DNA from: a virus
Lineage: Duplodnaviria > Caudoviricetes
Strand: one strand, 5' to 3'
Length of the DNA: 37,320 bases
IMG/VR virus record: IMGVR_UViG_3300030376_002193
Span: 1 to 37,320 of that record
Below, piece after piece: positions 35,677 through 37,320 of the stretch. How positions within the stretch are numbered: the stretch's first letter is position 1; every line of letters begins with the position of its first letter. The notes beneath the pieces were generated by a model. It was not told the DNA's origin. It was given only the letters and a program-made list of their open reading frames with translations, and did no database searches. The position numbers and the translations under genes are program-made.

Positions 35677-35961
35677 ATGGCAACATCAAATCTACACAAT
35701 TATACAACTCAAGAAGCTCAAAATAGACTCGGTGGTGGTGGTTACGATTATGTAACAAACGCAACTGTAAACTCTCATACTTATGTGGCAATCCAAGCAT
35801 TATCAGTTGATTGCGTAGTTACAGCCACGTCAGTTGATACCGATATTTGGGACACATTAACAAGCGTAACAATTTTAGCAGGTCAAACTATTTATGGTGA
35901 ATGGTCAAGCGTAGCAGTAGCCAATGGTGATTTTGCTTTAGTATATAGAAAATCTAGCTAG
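35677..35961 (+). CDS. Virion structural protein (decoration-like)
   Basis: Beta-rich; N-terminal NLHNYTTQEAQN resembles the start of the 114-aa proteins. Confidence 0.6.
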   Translation: MATSNLHNYTTQEAQNRLGGGGYDYVTNATVNSHTYVAIQALSVDCVVTATSVDTDIWDTLTSVTILAGQTIYGEWSSVAVANGDFALVYRKSS

Positions 35962-35969
35962 AGGATAAT

Positions 35970-36314
35970 ATGGCAAATCTACATAAAAGATCGGTTCAAG
36001 AAGCATTAAATGCGACAGTTGGAGGTAATTGGACAGTAAATTCTGCTGGTACTGCAGGTTCAAGTGCTAGTACAGGAAACACAACTCATTTATCTCTAGC
36101 CACTATGACTTCAACAATCGGAATACATTCCGCAGTAGAAATTTATTTTAATTTCACAACTACTGCTACTGATGTAAACGCTTCAAACGATATGATAATT
36201 CCTAAGAATACCCTTACTTTTTTAACAGTTCCAAGGGGATTAGGAAATACAGTATATCTAAATTATAATTCAACTAGCACAACGACTGGTGCTGTAAGAG
36301 TAGTGGAGATATAA
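35970..36314 (+). CDS. Virion structural protein, homolog of 1650..1994
   Basis: 88/114 residues identical by manual count. Confidence 0.65.
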   Translation: MANLHKRSVQEALNATVGGNWTVNSAGTAGSSASTGNTTHLSLATMTSTIGIHSAVEIYFNFTTTATDVNASNDMIIPKNTLTFLTVPRGLGNTVYLNYNSTSTTTGAVRVVEI

Positions 36315-37320
36315 TGCAAAGTTCAATGCTAAGAACTATTGTCGAAGATTTCGGTAATGGTGGAACAATAGATGGCGACCTAGTAATAACAGGTGATCTA
36401 CAAGTTGATGGTGGTGGATCACTTAGCTTTGATGAGATAATAGAAGGAACGCAAGTAATAGATGTAACTAGCACCGAAGCTCTATTAGTTAGAAAGAATG
36501 GAGATGGTGGCGATATATTTATTGTTGATACTACAAATTCAGAAGTAGATGTTACTGGTAAATTAAAAATTGATGCAAATGCCACTTCTGGAACAGCAAT
36601 CGAGATTGATTCTGAAACGCAAGATGGTCAAGGTATTTATATGGATATTAGCCAACAAACAAGTGGCTATGGAATTAATATAAATGATGTAGGTACAAGC
36701 AGAACAACTGGAGGAATATTATACATAAACTCTAATCAATCTGGTACTGGCACTAGAAATCTAGTTGAAATAATAAACAATCATATTAATGCAACTGGCA
36801 CAACTGCTTTAAAGATTAAACAAGATTCTGCTCAATACGCTATGGCTATTGACCAAAATGGAAACGCCAATGCAATTAGAATTGACTCTGATGCAACTAC
36901 AAATGTAGGAGCAATTCAAGCTCATGTAGATTCTTTAACAACTGGAAGGATTGCATATTTCTATTCTAATTCTAGCGACACATCTACTAGAGGATTGGTT
37001 AAAATTGTTAATGATCACGCTAGTGCAACTGGTACAACAGCCTTAGAAATACAGCAAGATTCTACTGGGTTAGCTTTACATTCGACTGGTACGATCCTTA
37101 TAGACCAATCTGCTGGTACATCTAATTCAGCAGTTTTAAGACTTGAAGCAGATAGAGGTAGTGCAGATCAAGATAGTGGAGAAATAAGATTTTATAATCA
37201 AGGTGGAAGTGATCACGATTACGCTAGAATTGTAGGCGTAAGAGGTGGTGCAGATAACTCTGGATATTTACAGTTTAGAACAAGTGAAGCTGGAACAGAA
37301 GGCACTAGAATGACTATTTC
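36314..37320 (+). CDS. Fibre protein B (3'-truncated)
   Basis: MQSSMLRTIVEDFGNGGTIDGDLVITGDL...TEALLVRKNGDGGDIFIVDTTNS is homologous to the N-terminus of 1996..5976, then diverges; appears open to the window end. Confidence 0.8.
   Translation, partial: MQSSMLRTIVEDFGNGGTIDGDLVITGDLQVDGGGSLSFDEIIEGTQVIDVTSTEALLVRKNGDGGDIFIVDTTNSEVDVTGKLKIDANATSGTAIEIDSETQDGQGIYMDISQQTSGYGININDVGTSRTTGGILYINSNQSGTGTRNLVEIINNHINATGTTALKIKQDSAQYAMAIDQNGNANAIRIDSDATTNVGAIQAHVDSLTTGRIAYFYSNSSDTSTRGLVKIVNDHASATGTTALEIQQDSTGLALHSTGTILIDQSAGTSNSAVLRLEADRGSADQDSGEIRFYNQGGSDHDYARIVGVRGGADNSGYLQFRTSEAGTEGTRMTI

Noticed and set aside
276-36585. Minus-strand ORFs in the track (e.g. 2019..2273, 13741..14064, 30550..30960, 36274..36585)
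   Set aside because: All overlap well-supported + strand genes and have no recognisable motifs.
33924-37320. Exact terminal repeat or circular overlap with the window start
   Set aside because: The copies are homologous but clearly different in sequence and gene content.
1-37320. CRISPR array, integrase/att site, alternative genetic code
   Set aside because: No regularly spaced repeats or recombinase motifs were seen; genes pack tightly under code 11 with TAA, TAG and TGA all used as stops.

Overview
AT-rich, gene-dense tailed-phage (siphovirus-like) DNA, with essentially all genes on the + strand. Gene order: head module A (partial scaffold, major capsid protein, decoration-like protein, 1326-aa fibre), membrane/lysis and small basic genes, neck/tail module (tail tube, G/G-T chaperone with -1 frameshift, tape measure, tail tip), an early/replication region (histone-fold protein, HTH, SSB-like, NinG-like, replication initiator), a C5-MTase + CmoA pair, an amidoligase-GATase-GGCT cluster, terminase/portal, and then a second, divergent head module B about 34 kb after the first. 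Most notable: (1) a C5-MTase with a motif-X Asn->Arg change next to a carboxy-SAM synthase, predicting 5-carboxymethylcytosine DNA, followed by amide-forming enzymes; (2) a 66-nt three-way-junction element whose two arms are antisense to the shared 5' leader and RBS of two duplicated early promoters; (3) a Bd0055-like histone; (4) a covarying hairpin motif conserved in both head modules; (5) non-identical redundant ends. No integrase, DNA polymerase, tRNA or CRISPR was recognised and the host cannot be assigned. All family calls come from motif recognition by eye, not database searches.
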